Assembly: GCA_003971905.1 (NCBI GenBank)
Contig: RSEE01000009.1
Location: 434,001 to 498,000, forward strand
Reading direction: 5' to 3'
From: Moniliella sp. 'wahieum'
Taxonomy: Eukaryota
Length of the DNA: 64,000 nt
Positions 1-11,925 of this stretch are shown here, one piece after another. Below the pieces are notes generated by a model. It was given only the letters and a program-made list of their open reading frames with translations. It had not been told where the DNA came from and made no database searches. The position numbers and the translations under genes are program-made. How positions within the stretch are numbered: position 1 is the stretch's first letter; every line of letters begins with the position of its first letter.

Positions 1-3000
1 CCCGGCGGCCAAGGCCACCACCGCTGAGACTGCTGCGGAGGAGACTGAGGTAACCGAGCCCATTGCCGAGGTGGCTGAGCCTACTAAGGAAGAAACCGAT
101 ATTTTGGAACCCGTCGTCAAGGAGACCCAGATCACTAAGCCTACTACGGAGGAGGCTACGGTTGACCCGCTGTCGAAGAGGCCAAGGTATCCGAGTCTGC
201 CGTTGAGAAGGCTGCAGTTACTGAGCCTACCCTCGAAGATGCCAAGTTGGCCGAGCCTACCACGGAGGAGCCCGAAGTTTGTCAATCCCATCCTTACCGA
301 GACCAAGGTGGCCGAACCGCCATCGAAGACACCAAGGTTGCTGAACCTGCCACTAAGCAAACTCCGGCTGTCGACCCCAGCGTCGAGGAAGCTAAGTCTT
401 CTGAGCCTGCAGCCGTGGGGCCCGTTTCCCCTCCGAGCCCACTGTTCAGAGGCTAAACCTGCAGAGGCCGCATCCGAGGAGCCTGCGCTTGCGCAACCTG
501 CTTTAGAAGATGCCAAACCTGCTGAAGCGGCCGTCACGGTGGTCCCCCCTGCCGCCCCTGCTGTGGAGGCGGCTGAGGGTACCAAACCCACCGTGGAGGA
601 AACTAAGGCTTCCGAGGCCGTCGCCAAGGAGCCCACTCCCGTCGAGCCGACTGGGTCCATTGCCGAGAAATCCACGGCTATCAAGCCCACAGGGACAGAG
701 GCCGAGGTTGTTACGCCTGTTGTTGAGGAGGCGGCCGCAGCTACGCCTATCGTGCAACAGACGGCTGAACATGCTGAGCCCACCATCGAAGAGTCCAAAG
801 CCACTGAGCCTTCTGGCGAGGATGTCGAGGCTGCAGAGCCTGTTATGGAGGATGCCAAGGTTGCCGCTGCCGAGCCTGTCGTAGGGGGGGCCACTGTTGC
901 CGAGCCCACAATGGAGGATACCAAATCTGCCGAGCCTACGGTGGAGGAGACCAAAGCTGCCGATCCCGCGGTGGAGGAGATCAAAGCTGCCGAGCCCACA
1001 GTGGAGGAAACCGAAGCTGCCGAACCCACGGTGGAGGAGACGAAGGTTGACAACCCTCCCCTCGAGGAAACCAAGGAGATCAAGGAGACCGAGCCCGTTA
1101 TCCAGGAACCCATCGCTGCCCAGCCCGCTGTCCCGGAGCTTGCCAATTCTGCCGCCGAGGAGGCTAAGCCTTCCGAACTCCCTACTGAAGTGCTTATGCC
1201 CATGCAGGCCGCTCCGGCGGAGCCCTTGCCTAGCGAACCGGTAGCGCAGGAGACTCAGATGTCTGAGCCTGCCACCGTGGACCCTGCGCCCGTCGAGCCC
1301 CTTGTTGAGGAGTCTAAGTTTTCTGACCCGTCGAGCCTGTTGCTAAGGAGAAGAAGGCGGTCAAGCAAGACATCTCGGAGGACAAGCCGGCCGAATCTAT
1401 CGCCCGGAATGCAGTGCCTGCTGAACCTGCGACGGTGGAGGACACCCCCACCGAGCCGGTCGCGGAGGAAGCCAAGGTTGCAGAGCCAATCGTTGATGAG
1501 GTGAAACAGACAGAGTCTGCAGCCGTGGAGCCCACGTCCGTCGGGGCCACGCCTGCCGAGCCAACTGCTGACCCCATCAATGTCCAGGAGGTCGGTGAGG
1601 AGAATAAGGTTGTCGAGCCTGCCGCCAAGGTGGTTACCCCGGTCGACCTCGCAGTCGAGAAGGCTAAAACTGCTGATCCCACCGCCGAGGCGGCCACGCC
1701 TGAGGAGATCGCTGTAGCAGAGGCCACTGTCACTGAACCTACCATTGAGGCCATCGCTCCCAAGCCCACAGACGACGAAGAGGCCCGGATTGCCGAACCT
1801 GCTACGGAGGAGACTAAAGTTGTTGACCCAGCGATCGAGGAGACTAAGGTGGCTGAGCCTACCATCGAGGAGGCCCAGGCTGTTAAGCCAAATGTCGAGG
1901 AGATCGAGGTGGCCCCACCTCCTACGAAGAAGACCGAGGTTGAAAAGCCCACGATCGATCAAGCGACGGTGGCTGGGCCCGCTGTGGAGCACGCCAATCT
2001 TGCCGAGTCCTTCGCCCAAGAGGCCAAGGTTGCCGAACCCATCGCTGAGGATGCGAAGTCTTCTGATCCTATTGCCGTGGACTCCATTATCCCCGCGCCC
2101 ACCGTTCAAGAGGAGAAAGTCGACGAGCCCACTGTTGATGAGATTAACCCTTCCAAGCCTACCGCGGAGGACTCCACGCCCATCGAACCTAGCAAGTCCG
2201 CCACCAAGGTACCCACGCCTGTGGAACCCGCTCCAGCCGAGGCGCAGGTTGAGCATGTGGACGAGGCTACCACTGCCAAGCCTGCTGCGGTGGTGACCGA
2301 GGTTGCCGTGCCCACCCTCGAGAACCTGAAGCCCACTGAGCCTTCTGTCAAAGGCGTAGAGAATGCTGCACCTGTTGCGGAAGAGGCAGAGGTTTCCGAG
2401 CCCTCTGTGGAGGAGACCGAGGTTGTCAAACCCGGCGTCGAGGAGATCCAGGATGCCAAGCCTGCTGCTGAGGAGACTACGGTTGTCCCGAGCGCTGAGG
2501 AGAGCAAGATGACCAAGGCTGCTGCCATCGAGGAGACTGAGGCGCTCGAACCAGCCGTCGAGGAGGCCAAGGTTACCGTGCCTGCTACGGAGGAGACGGA
2601 GGTTGTCAAGCCCGCAGCTAAGGAAAACAAGGTGTACGAGCCTTCCGTCGTCAAGGCCAAGGTGGCTGAGCCTACCGTCGAAGAGGCCAAGGTGGCCGAG
2701 CCCATTGTTGAGGAGGCCAAGGTTGCCGTGCCCGCCACTGAGGTGGCCACGGGGGTCGACCCCAGTCGAGGAGGCTCATGCTTCCGAGCCTGCAACTGTA
2801 GAGCCCATTGCCCCCGAGTCCACGGTTCAGGAGGTCAAACCTGCCGAAACCGCCACCGAAGAATCTAGTGTTGAGGTGCCCACGCCGGCCGAGACCTCTA
2901 CCGAGAAGGCCGCGTCTGTTGAGCCTGCCGCTCAAGAGGCCGCGCATGTCGAGTCTACCACGAAGCGGGCCAGCGCTCCTGATCCTTCTATTGAGGATGA

Positions 3001-3870
3001 CCAAGCTGCCGAGCCTGCTCTGGAGGAGCCCAAGCCTGCCGATACCCCGTGGAGGAAGCTACGCCTTCTCATCCTGTACCCCTCGAGTCTACTGAGGATG
3101 TGAAGGGTGTTGAGCCCAGCGTTCAGGAGGCTAAGCCTGCCGACCCCCCCGTCGAGGCACCCGCACCTATTGAGCCTTTCGCGACGAAAGCCGCGTCTTC
3201 CGTGTTGGTTGAGAAGGCTGAGGCTGGCGAGCCCACTGCCGAAGCGCCCAAGGCTGTCGAACCTGCCTTCAAAGAAGCCAATGCTTCCGAACCAACAAGT
3301 GTGCAACCTACGCCCGTCGCGCCAGTAGCTGAAGAGGTCAAGACTCCTCAGCCCACCCCTGCCGAGGCCAAGATTGACGAGCCCGCTGTTGAAGAGTCCA
3401 ACATTACCGAGCCTGCGGCCACCGACTGCTGTTGAGGAGGCGAAGGATGCTGAGCCTCCTGTGGAAAAGGTCAAACCTGTCGACGGTCCTGTTGCCGAGA
3501 AGCCCACCCTCGCCGAGCCGGAGTCGAGAAGGCCACGCCAGCCAATCCCACCATTGAGGAAAGCAAGGTTGCTCCTCCCCCGGTCGAGCCTGTCGAGCCT
3601 GTGGTCGAGGAGGCCCAGGTTGTCCAGCACGATGCAGATGAGGAGACTGAAGGTGACAAGTCCCCCCCTCGATCAGACCAAGGTGGCACCGTCTACTGAC
3701 GATGCGCTCGCGCCGGTCGAGCCCATTAAGGTCGAACCCTAAGGTTCCCGGTCCCTCATGGATGCCATCGAGGCTACCACGGCGCTGCCACGCCGTCCAA
3801 CACCACTGCTGCGTCTCATACCCTCTCTGGGACATCATAACGCTTATTCCCCTCGTCCCCCAGATCTAAT
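1..3870 (+). CDS. Very large acidic low-complexity tandem-repeat protein (~10-aa unit EPTVEEAKVA-like); partial, 5' end outside the window; broken by several indels
   Basis: Consecutive overlapping ORFs 71-1504, 1414-2868, 2603-3103, 3049-3435 and 3374-3742 each carry the same EPxVEExKxA unit and hand over between frames. The 3' end is uncertain (3742-3870). Confidence 0.8.
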
Positions 3871-4428
3871 GCCCCACCATGATGAATGAGCACTTACTTC
3901 GCTTTCCCTTCTTCCCCCCCCCTTCGGATGCCTTTATTTTTTTATATCTTTCTGCCTTTATGATTGGGCAAGACTGTTGACCCGGCTGCACCACTTGAGT
4001 TCCTGTGTGCTTGTAATAAGGTAGTAAATATAGGACGGCATGTGTGAATAGGATAGTATGTGGAATGGAAGGACTAGTTTGATGGAATGGAAGGGTGGAT
4101 GGTAGAAATTGTGTTAACCCCCGTGGCATTATGCGAGACCGGGGAAAGAGGTGGAGGGGGGGTGAGGCCAACGACATTGAAGAGGAAAACGGGGAGATAC
4201 GACAGACGAGAAAAGGGTAGGTGCTGGGGTCTTAGAAGCCCCCCAAGACGCCCTCTCCGTCGTCCCCCCACGCTATGAGGGAGGCTGGGGCCGCAGTACG
4301 GCGTTTGGGTCGTTTGGTGCGCTTTGGCACTGAGGGTACTGAGGGGAGGGAGAGAGTGGGAGATGAAGGGGGATGAGGGGGGGTGATTGGACGGGATAGA
4401 TACGCAAGGGGGGTGCGAGAGCGGTGGG

Positions 4429-5567
4429 TCACTCGATCCAGCTATTAGGGGAGGAGGGAGATGGTGTGGCTCGGTAGCGCTCGGGCTGGTGAAAAGGAAG
4501 TATCACAAGAGCGACAGGAGGAGTGGCAGGTACTGTTGGGTGTGCTGGAGGAGTTAGAGGAGATGGAGGAGATGGTGAAGATACAGATTCAGTGGAGAGA
4601 GGAGCCAGGGTGACGATGCTGTGTAGCTCCTCATCCCTTTCCAAGGTAGGGGGGGGAGGAAGCAAGAGGAGGTAAAGTAGCTACCGAACAGGCTCGATTG
4701 GGCCGAGGGCGAGGAAACTGGGGTAAGATTGTCTCCTTCCATGGGAGGTGACTTGGATCCTTCCAGTGTAGGCGTAGAGAGGGTTCCCACCGAGCGGATG
4801 ACAGAGAGGTGCAATCTGGTGGGCATCTCGTCACTCGGCAGAGAAAAGCCTCAGGGTCCCAACTGTGGCCCCCCTGTGGGAAAGAGATAGGGCGGAGACG
4901 TGTGGAGGTGTCAAAGCCAATCACCTGTCCTGCTTGGAGGCGCGTGGACCAAGATGCACCAAAGTAGTCTGAATGAGCGCTGGCCTTCGCAACTCGAATG
5001 ACCAGAGGACAATGGAATCTATCAACATTTTCCATATCCTCCTCGTCACCGCGGAGAGAGCGGCACCTACGCATGCTGAGGTCGAGCGACGAGCCACGCC
5101 CCTGAGTATTGGAGGGGAGTACGATCGTATGCGTCAGAGGAATGGGTGAATACTTGCGTGGTCGAGCCTGAGTGGAAACTGACGCCGCGGGGACGCTGGC
5201 GCACTACTGCGTTTGATTGTTGGGGTAGTAATGAAAATGGTGGGACGAGTGGGTAGCCCACTTGGGCCGTGTGACTAAGAACGATGTCGCTAGCTTGTCC
5301 CGGAACGCCGTCCTTCTTGAGGCAGGAGACCGGGGCTGGAAGGGTACGGTGCTGCGGAACGCATGGCGCGAGTGGCAAGGCCTCAGAGGCAAGCTACCCT
5401 ATGGGTTTCGTCGGCGGAGGCAACCTCAGGCTCAGCATCTAGCTCTGCCCGATTAGCCTCGGACGCTGCGTTTTCTTGGAAGCGTGGACCAAAGAAGAGG
5501 GGATAAGGAGAGGGATCAGAGCCTGGGTGGGCGATGTCTGCGGACGGGATTCTGCGTTACTATTCAT
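4429..5567 (-). CDS. Hypothetical protein with RVxF-like PP1-docking motif followed by THSxxxYDR (Bni4/Afr1/Phactr-like motif)
   Basis: Chained minus-strand ORFs (5439-5876, 5067-5378, 4631-5074, 4554-4826, 4429-4665). Motif RPRGVSFHSGSTTQVFTHSSDAYDRTP at ~5113-5195. Start MNSNAES is a guess. Confidence 0.55.
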
Positions 5568-6459
5568 GCAGCAGCCATTGGGCGGGGGCGGGGGCAACAG
5601 CAGTGGTGCACAGGGAGGGGAGGGGAGGGAGGGAAGACGTACGGTTGGACATGCTGGTATATGATGGATGCAGTGGGAGCGTCGAAAGACAACGGGGGTG
5701 GGGGTGGCAAGTGGAAAAAGAGGATCCGGGACGGCACCAACGGCAATACTAAAGCCTGTGGGCCTGAGAGTCTGGGTAGCGTGGGAAGAAAATGGGGACG
5801 GATGGGAACCGCGGGGAGGGTGGTGCAGAGGATTGGCTGAATTGGCTTTGATGTGTGACGCTAGTAAGAGGGCCAAACGGGGTTTTCTGTACAGTCTCTC
5901 GGTGGATAACAGGAAACACTTACTGTTGGTGGGAGATGGGGACGAGGAGAGAATAAGCCGGGGCAGGAAAGGAAAGGGAAAAGGACAGAAGAGAAGATCA
6001 AGAAGCGAGAGGTGTGGTTACAGAATCAGTTGGAGAGGCAGTCATGCACCCGTGGTGGTTAGCGACATGGATGGGCTCGACAGATACGATGACGACGGCA
6101 GGAAATGTGTCCAGGTGGGCTGCGTGTGCACCCATACTGTGCGATCGGCTGTTGCTGCAGTTGCTGATACGGAATGTAGTCTTCTCGCTTTTTGCTCCGA
6201 GCGTGGCTGGACGGGCTGGGGGCCGTCGGGAGGACAGTAGTGGCTAGTAGCCCGCACACGCACTGGCCCGCCTGCCCTCCACGCTGCCAAGCTGCCCCCC
6301 GCGTGCTGTGATGGGAGTTCCCCTGTCCCCATGTCAAGCCATGCGAATGCAAGCCATCTTCCACCCCACACTGCCCAGCACCAGCACCCATATCTTCGCT
6401 TATCGATCTCATCTCGATTATCTCTGACACCTGAAGTTGCTGAGCGCTGGCTGTGAAGG

Positions 6460-6990
6460 TTGAGCCGCGGAGCGCTGAAGCGTGAAGCTTGATATTTGAG
6501 GCTTGGAGGCTGAAGCTTAAAGAGCTTGTAGCTTGAAGAAGAGGGGCGTATATCCAACTGAATCGCATCACCTCCCCGCCCAGCAGTGCTTCGCTCCTGT
6601 CTCCCCGCTTCATCCCGCTCCGCTGTTGTTGCCCCGTTCCCGCCCCGCACTGGGGCACTGGAGCGACGGTTGGTCCACCCACGAGCCTCGATAGTCCATA
6701 GTCGGAAGAGCAAAAACCATTAGCTCTTCCACAAAAACCTCTGTGATATGCGTGACGGCATGCTAGAATGCGAGAGAAAATAGGAGGCCATCACCCTCAG
6801 CCTGAGGCCTCAGCGCGCCCCAGCCTAACCCCGCGGTCACCAACCGGCCCCGCGACCGGCCGAAGCTGGCCGGAGGCCTGAGAATGATTTACCGGGAAAG
6901 TAACGCAAAGGGTGAGCCGTAACGCGTAACGCCTACCGCGAACCGGTAACCGGTAACGAAGCGTAACCTCATGCGTCACGTGACGTGATA
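6460..6990. repeat. TNA+palindromic 4-mer 7-bp arrays (AGCT, GCGC, GGCC, CGCG, CCGG units)
   Basis: e.g. ~6913-6956 TGA gccg TAA cgcg TAA cgcc TAC cgcg AA ccgg TAA ccgg TAA; ~6797-6813 tcagcc TGA ggcc TCA. Confidence 0.7.
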
Positions 6991-8791
6991 CTGGCGCAAC
7001 ATGCAATAGGGTGGCCCTTGTCACCAGGCGTCGCCCAGGCGCTCAGGCATGCGGGACACATGGAACACGTCATGGAGGTGTTGTAGGCAGTCGGGAAGGA
7101 GGACCTGGTACGCGGCGCGGCCCACGGCGCGGACAATAGGAAAGGGTCGAGGTAGCGATAGTCGAGGCCGTCAGAAGGTCGCTGGCTAAGCACATAACCG
7201 TCCCGGCAGACCAAGACAGGCTGGCTCAGGACTTGGCTCAGGCGCTGGACCTCTGGATCTATATAGGCGACATCCATGACACGGAGCTGCATCGATGCAA
7301 GTGCAGTAGCTGTTAAACCTTAACTACGCATGACCTGTAGCATGTGAAGCTTGAAGACAAAATAAGGGGCGATCAAATGAGAATAAAATTTTCCTCGCAG
7401 AACTACGACCACGCCCAGCCCTGGTTGGGCATGGATCAACTCATACCACAAGTCCGACGCGGGGAGCGGGGCTTCCCATCTCTGCGCCCTTACCGGCGGG
7501 ATAGGGTCATCAGAGCGGGCCACCTCCCCCAAATAGGAGAGGCAACAAAAAGTCCGCTGGCCCACGCCGTTCCTCTTCCACGATCGTAACAGCCATAGGA
7601 CCATTAAGGAGCAGGTGCCCCGATCCAAAGCTTGACATGATGGTGGGGTAACTTTCGTATCCGCCGTCTTGCACTGCTCCCAATCCTGTCCGCGGCCCGT
7701 TTGAGCAACCCTTGCGGGCATGTAAGTAGAAACCAGAAATGCATAGAGAGAGAATAAAAGTGTCCAACAAACCCAAAGTCACCAAACGCCACGTCTCGGC
7801 GCCCAAGGGCAGGCCAAGCACTGGGCGAACGGCCGGCTTAAATTGGGTTGCCCAAGTCCAGGTTGCCTGCAAGCAAGTCCAGACCGGGTGGGCTTGCTCT
7901 TGGTCCTGGCTAATGCGCAGCAAGGCGCAAGCCTTCAGCCCAGGCCCCCTTGGTGTGGAGCTGGACAGCGTGCAGAACACGCCCGGGCCAAGACCGTGGT
8001 GGAAAAGAGCTAAGCTGGTTTGCGAAGGACCAGGCCGAAGAAAGAAATGCGAGTGATGTGGAGGCCAGATTGGGCGCATCCGTTTGCACCGATCTGCGGT
8101 GATTGGGAAGGGTGAACAGTGATTCCGCTGTGGTGCATTCCGGCTATGGCTGGCCTTGTGCCCCTGGCCTAAGTAAGTGTAGGGGGGGAGTGTGTCGGTC
8201 AGCACCGGCCAGCCGGCGCCTGGAGCTCCAAGCTGAGGCTGGAGAGTTGAGGCATTGCTCAGCCTGAGGCTCAGGCTTGGCGCGTGACGCCGAAGCGGAA
8301 GCTCGAGGTGAGAAGCTATGAAGCGTGGATACCACGCGTGCATGAGCGCTGGAGCGGAGCCAGGCTGAGTTGATGGATGATTGGGATCGATGACCACGGA
8401 TTCTGATTAGTGATTCCATTGTCTGGCGTTGCATCATCGGTACGCGGCACTGGCGCTGTGCTGGGCGCTGTGCTGGGCGGGGCGCGGGGTGGAGCGCAGC
8501 GACAGTGCGCTGGCCAGCCACGCGGCAGCGCGGGGGCAGCGTGCCGGCGCATGTGCCAGCTGCAGCGGCCGCGGCCTCCTATGGCGTCTGCTGGTATATA
8601 GCCCCCCCCCCCGCGCCGGCCCAGCCAACCCCCTCTCGCGCTCCCCCCTTGAAACGTTCACACCTGCTTGCCTGGCTAGTTTACCCCACCCTCCAACCCG
8701 CATCCACATCCGCCCTCAGTACTCAGTCTGAGTCCTCGCCCACACTCTCTCTCCTCCCTCCTCTCTCCCCCTCTCTCCCTCTCCCGGTACC

Positions 8792-9340
8792 ATGTCAGCG
8801 TCGGACGACGAGGCCTTTGCTGCTGCCGGCGCAGGGAGGACGAGCTGTCGTTGCCCAAGGCCACGGTGCAGAAGATCATCCAAGGTACGTATTGTTCTTC
8901 CCTCCTGGGCCCGCCTTTTGCCATGCATATGCTCTACTGTCCCAAGCACTAACCCACGTCTGCTTCCCGCGTTTGTGCGTTGCGGTACTCGATCCAGGAT
9001 ATCTCCCGCCCGAGCTGTCTTACGCACGCGACACCGCGATCTGTTGATCGAGTGTTGCGTTGAGTTTATTCACCTCCTCTCGAGCGAGTCGAACGAGATC
9101 TGCGAGCGCGAGTCCCGTAAAACCATTTCCCCAGATCATGTTCTCCAAGCCCTGAATGATCTGGGTTTGATCAGTTCACCCCTGCGTCCAAGAGGCACTA
9201 CAGAGTCACCAGCGATGGCCAAAAAGCGTGATTCCAAGTCTCGCAAAATGAAAGACACAGGCATGTCACCCGAGGAATGCTGCAGCACCAAGATGCTCTT
9301 TGCCCAATCCAAAGCACGGTACGATGCAACCACCAACTGA
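8792..9340 (+). CDS. NCB2: Negative cofactor 2 beta subunit (Dr1/NC2-beta, histone fold); intron 8885-8997
   Basis: EDELSLPKATVQKIIQ...RDLLIECCVEFIHLLSSESNEICERESRKTISPDHVLQALNDLG. GTACGT donor, CTAAC branch and CAG acceptor. TATATA at 8595-8600. Confidence 0.92.
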   Translation: MSASDDEAFAAAGAGRTSCRCPRPRCRRSSKVRIVLPSWARLLPCICSTVPSTNPRLLPAFVRCGTRSRISPARAVLRTRHRDLLIECCVEFIHLLSSESNEICERESRKTISPDHVLQALNDLGLISSPLRPRGTTESPAMAKKRDSKSRKMKDTGMSPEECCSTKMLFAQSKARYDATTN

Positions 9341-10294
9341 TCGATCCAATCATCTCATTCTCACATCTCCTCAACATCGTTACCCAACCTCGCTCCTTCG
9401 TGCTTGTAACTTGGTTCCTCTTCGGCTCTGTATCAATATTATGAAGGCCAAGCCACAGGCGCCTTACTCGCGGCTGCGGTCGCCACATGTACCGGGCATC
9501 ATACATCATCAGGTCGCCGTGTCGGGTTCCTCAATCACTCGTTCCTTCGTGGGGGACCCTTGTTCACAAAGGCCTCGGGCACTGCCGTCGTGCACGTGCG
9601 TCATGCTTGATGGCGAACCGCTGGTCCTCTTGACGTTTACGCGCGCGCGCGTCAACGTCGTTAAACGTTCGCGTTCACCCTCTGTTGAATATATCGACTG
9701 GCATAAATATTCCACTTCTCGACCAGGTACACCCTGGTACGCCTGCATTTTTCCATGTACTTAGTACTTATCCGGTGGAGTGTTTTGTTCTGTGGTTGTG
9801 GGGACGGACGATGGGACGGGTGAAACCGGTAGCCGGTAAAGGTGAACGAACGTAAGGCTGCGCATCGGCTTAATATTGGGATTGCGGGAAAAAAGGGAAT
9901 GCAGATCTAGCAAGCGCCGGATGCCAGTAAATGCAGCCTCCCGCCCCAAAGCGAAACATCGTGTACAGGGTCGGTCATTCTGGTCATTGACCACCTCAAC
10001 TGCATCGACGCATCTTCAGCGCATCAGCCCGTCCAATTCGTTTTGCTGGTTGGGCAACTAGTATCGCTCTCAATCTAAAACCACGCCAAGCACTTCTGTA
10101 AGTATACCCACACATCCGACGCTGGTCTGAGCCTCACAGGCCTCAGGGGCTTCAGATGTACGTCAAGGAACAACAGCAGATAATTTAGGAGTGCCAGCTG
10201 CGCCGCACTGCTCTCCCCACTGCGGCGCACCCCAGGGCACAGGCCACTGTCCGCACTTGCGTTGCCAATGCTTCTGGGATAGGGAGGGAGGGAA

Positions 10295-10301
10295 TATATA
10301 A
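10295..10301 (+). promoter_or_regulatory. Candidate TATA box of the carbonic anhydrase gene
   Basis: TATATAA about 95-100 bp upstream of ATG 10396. Confidence 0.4.
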
Positions 10302-10395
10302 CTGGCATCGCCCGCCCCACCCGTCCTACCCCCAACCGCCATTCTTGGACGTTGGTCTTTCGTAACTTCACCCGGCCCTATCCGACCCATCCGCC

Positions 10396-11318
10396 ATGCG
10401 CCTTCCCTCCTCCTCATCTCTGTTGCAACGCTAGCTCTAGCCCAAGCCCGCCCAAGCCACTGGAGCTGTGGCGCGCAGCACCCCCCGCATCAGCCGTTAG
10501 GGAGCAAGTTGCTGAAGCGCAACACGCACTGGGCTCAGCGGCTCGATCCAGCTTTGATCAAAAGCAACGAAGCTGGGCAGACGCCCAAGGTGTTCCTCGT
10601 TGGCTGTGGCGACAGCCGTGTCGATCCGGCCCTGATGACGCAGAGTGTGCCAGGTGAAATCTTTGTGGCGCGCAACGTGGCCAACCAGGTGCAAGGTAGC
10701 GACAATACCACCATTTCTGCACTGGGTATGCGGTGCAGGATGTAGGTGTGACGGATGGTACGTCAATTGCAATCGCCCTTCTATTGCCGGGGACCGAGCC
10801 ACAAGGAATGGGGCAACAGGAGACTGACGCACAGATGACTCGATGACTTTGATGACTGTCGATGATGATGAACAACAGTTGTAGTGTTGGGCCACACGAC
10901 TGTGGTGGCGTGGCAACTGCACTCACGTATGCCAACAAGACGGGGTGGAGTCCCTCCACTGCGTTGGATTATTACCTCTCTCCTCTCGTTTCGCTTACCA
11001 AGGGTGTCATCTCCCGCCATCCTACTGACGACACCGCCGAATTATCCAACATCGTGATGAAGGCCAACGTCAAGCAGCAGATTAACAACCTCATCCAGAC
11101 CGACATCATTCAGGGGAATTGGAACTCTACTCCGTCGCCTTTGACGGGTAAGGTGATGGACAAGGTTACCATCCACGGGTACGTCTGCTACTTCTTATAG
11201 ACCTGTGGGACGGGGGGATGAGGGCAACTGACCAATACCTTTTTCGTGCTAACAGGTGGTACTAAACATCTCCACTGGTCTCATCCACGATATGAAGGTG
11301 TCCAAAACGGCACCTTAG
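10396..11318 (+). CDS. Beta-class carbonic anhydrase, possibly secreted; two introns (~10757-10878, ~11179-11255)
   Basis: Zinc-ligand motifs GCGDSRV and GH(T)xCGG, plus PGEIFVARNVANQV. N-terminus MRLP/LLISVATLALAQA|RP after correcting one indel. Confidence 0.9.
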
Positions 11319-11925
11319 TTCGTTTCCTTTTGCAGTGTCACGCTGGTGTAGTAGCGCCGGTAGCTCAAGCCCGGGTCTGTCCGGTTCATTCTTCCAATAT
11401 TCCGTTGTTTGGAGGGCAAGAATATTCTCGAGCCTCTGCTGCGGCTCATGTGCAAGCAATACACACCACCAACTGCCTGCTCTCTGTTTTTCTACACCTT
11501 TTCTTCCTGCCTCTGTGCAAAAATAGAAAGCGAGGTGCAACAACTGCATTCTTGTTTGAACTGAATCCCAAGCTTGACACAAAACCGCGCCATCCATTAA
11601 TCATCGTGGACGCTACACTATCCCTGTCTGCTCTGTTCCCTATTACCCTCTCTCTTTTCCCGGTCGACAATGACTTTGTTTTGGCCCCAATAAACGGTTG
11701 CTACACTGGAAACCGAGACCACACGACGAAATATAGGTGGACTCTGCATTTAGTGACTGACTTCTCTCTTGTTTAACAGGATCCGACAGGCCGATACTTT
11801 GACGATATCTTCACTTGTACTATGCTCGCTATGGAACAGAATGTACACGTGAAGGTAACAGACATGATATACTGCTAGTATAGTGAAACAACAAAGGGAA
11901 GGGTGGGTAGCATAGTAGTACCGAA

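Noticed and set aside
6969..8397. Minus-strand ORFs 6969-7292, 7320-7721 and 7510-8397 as a gene
   Set aside because: No recognisable domain or convincing exon structure. It cannot be supported without homology or RNA data.
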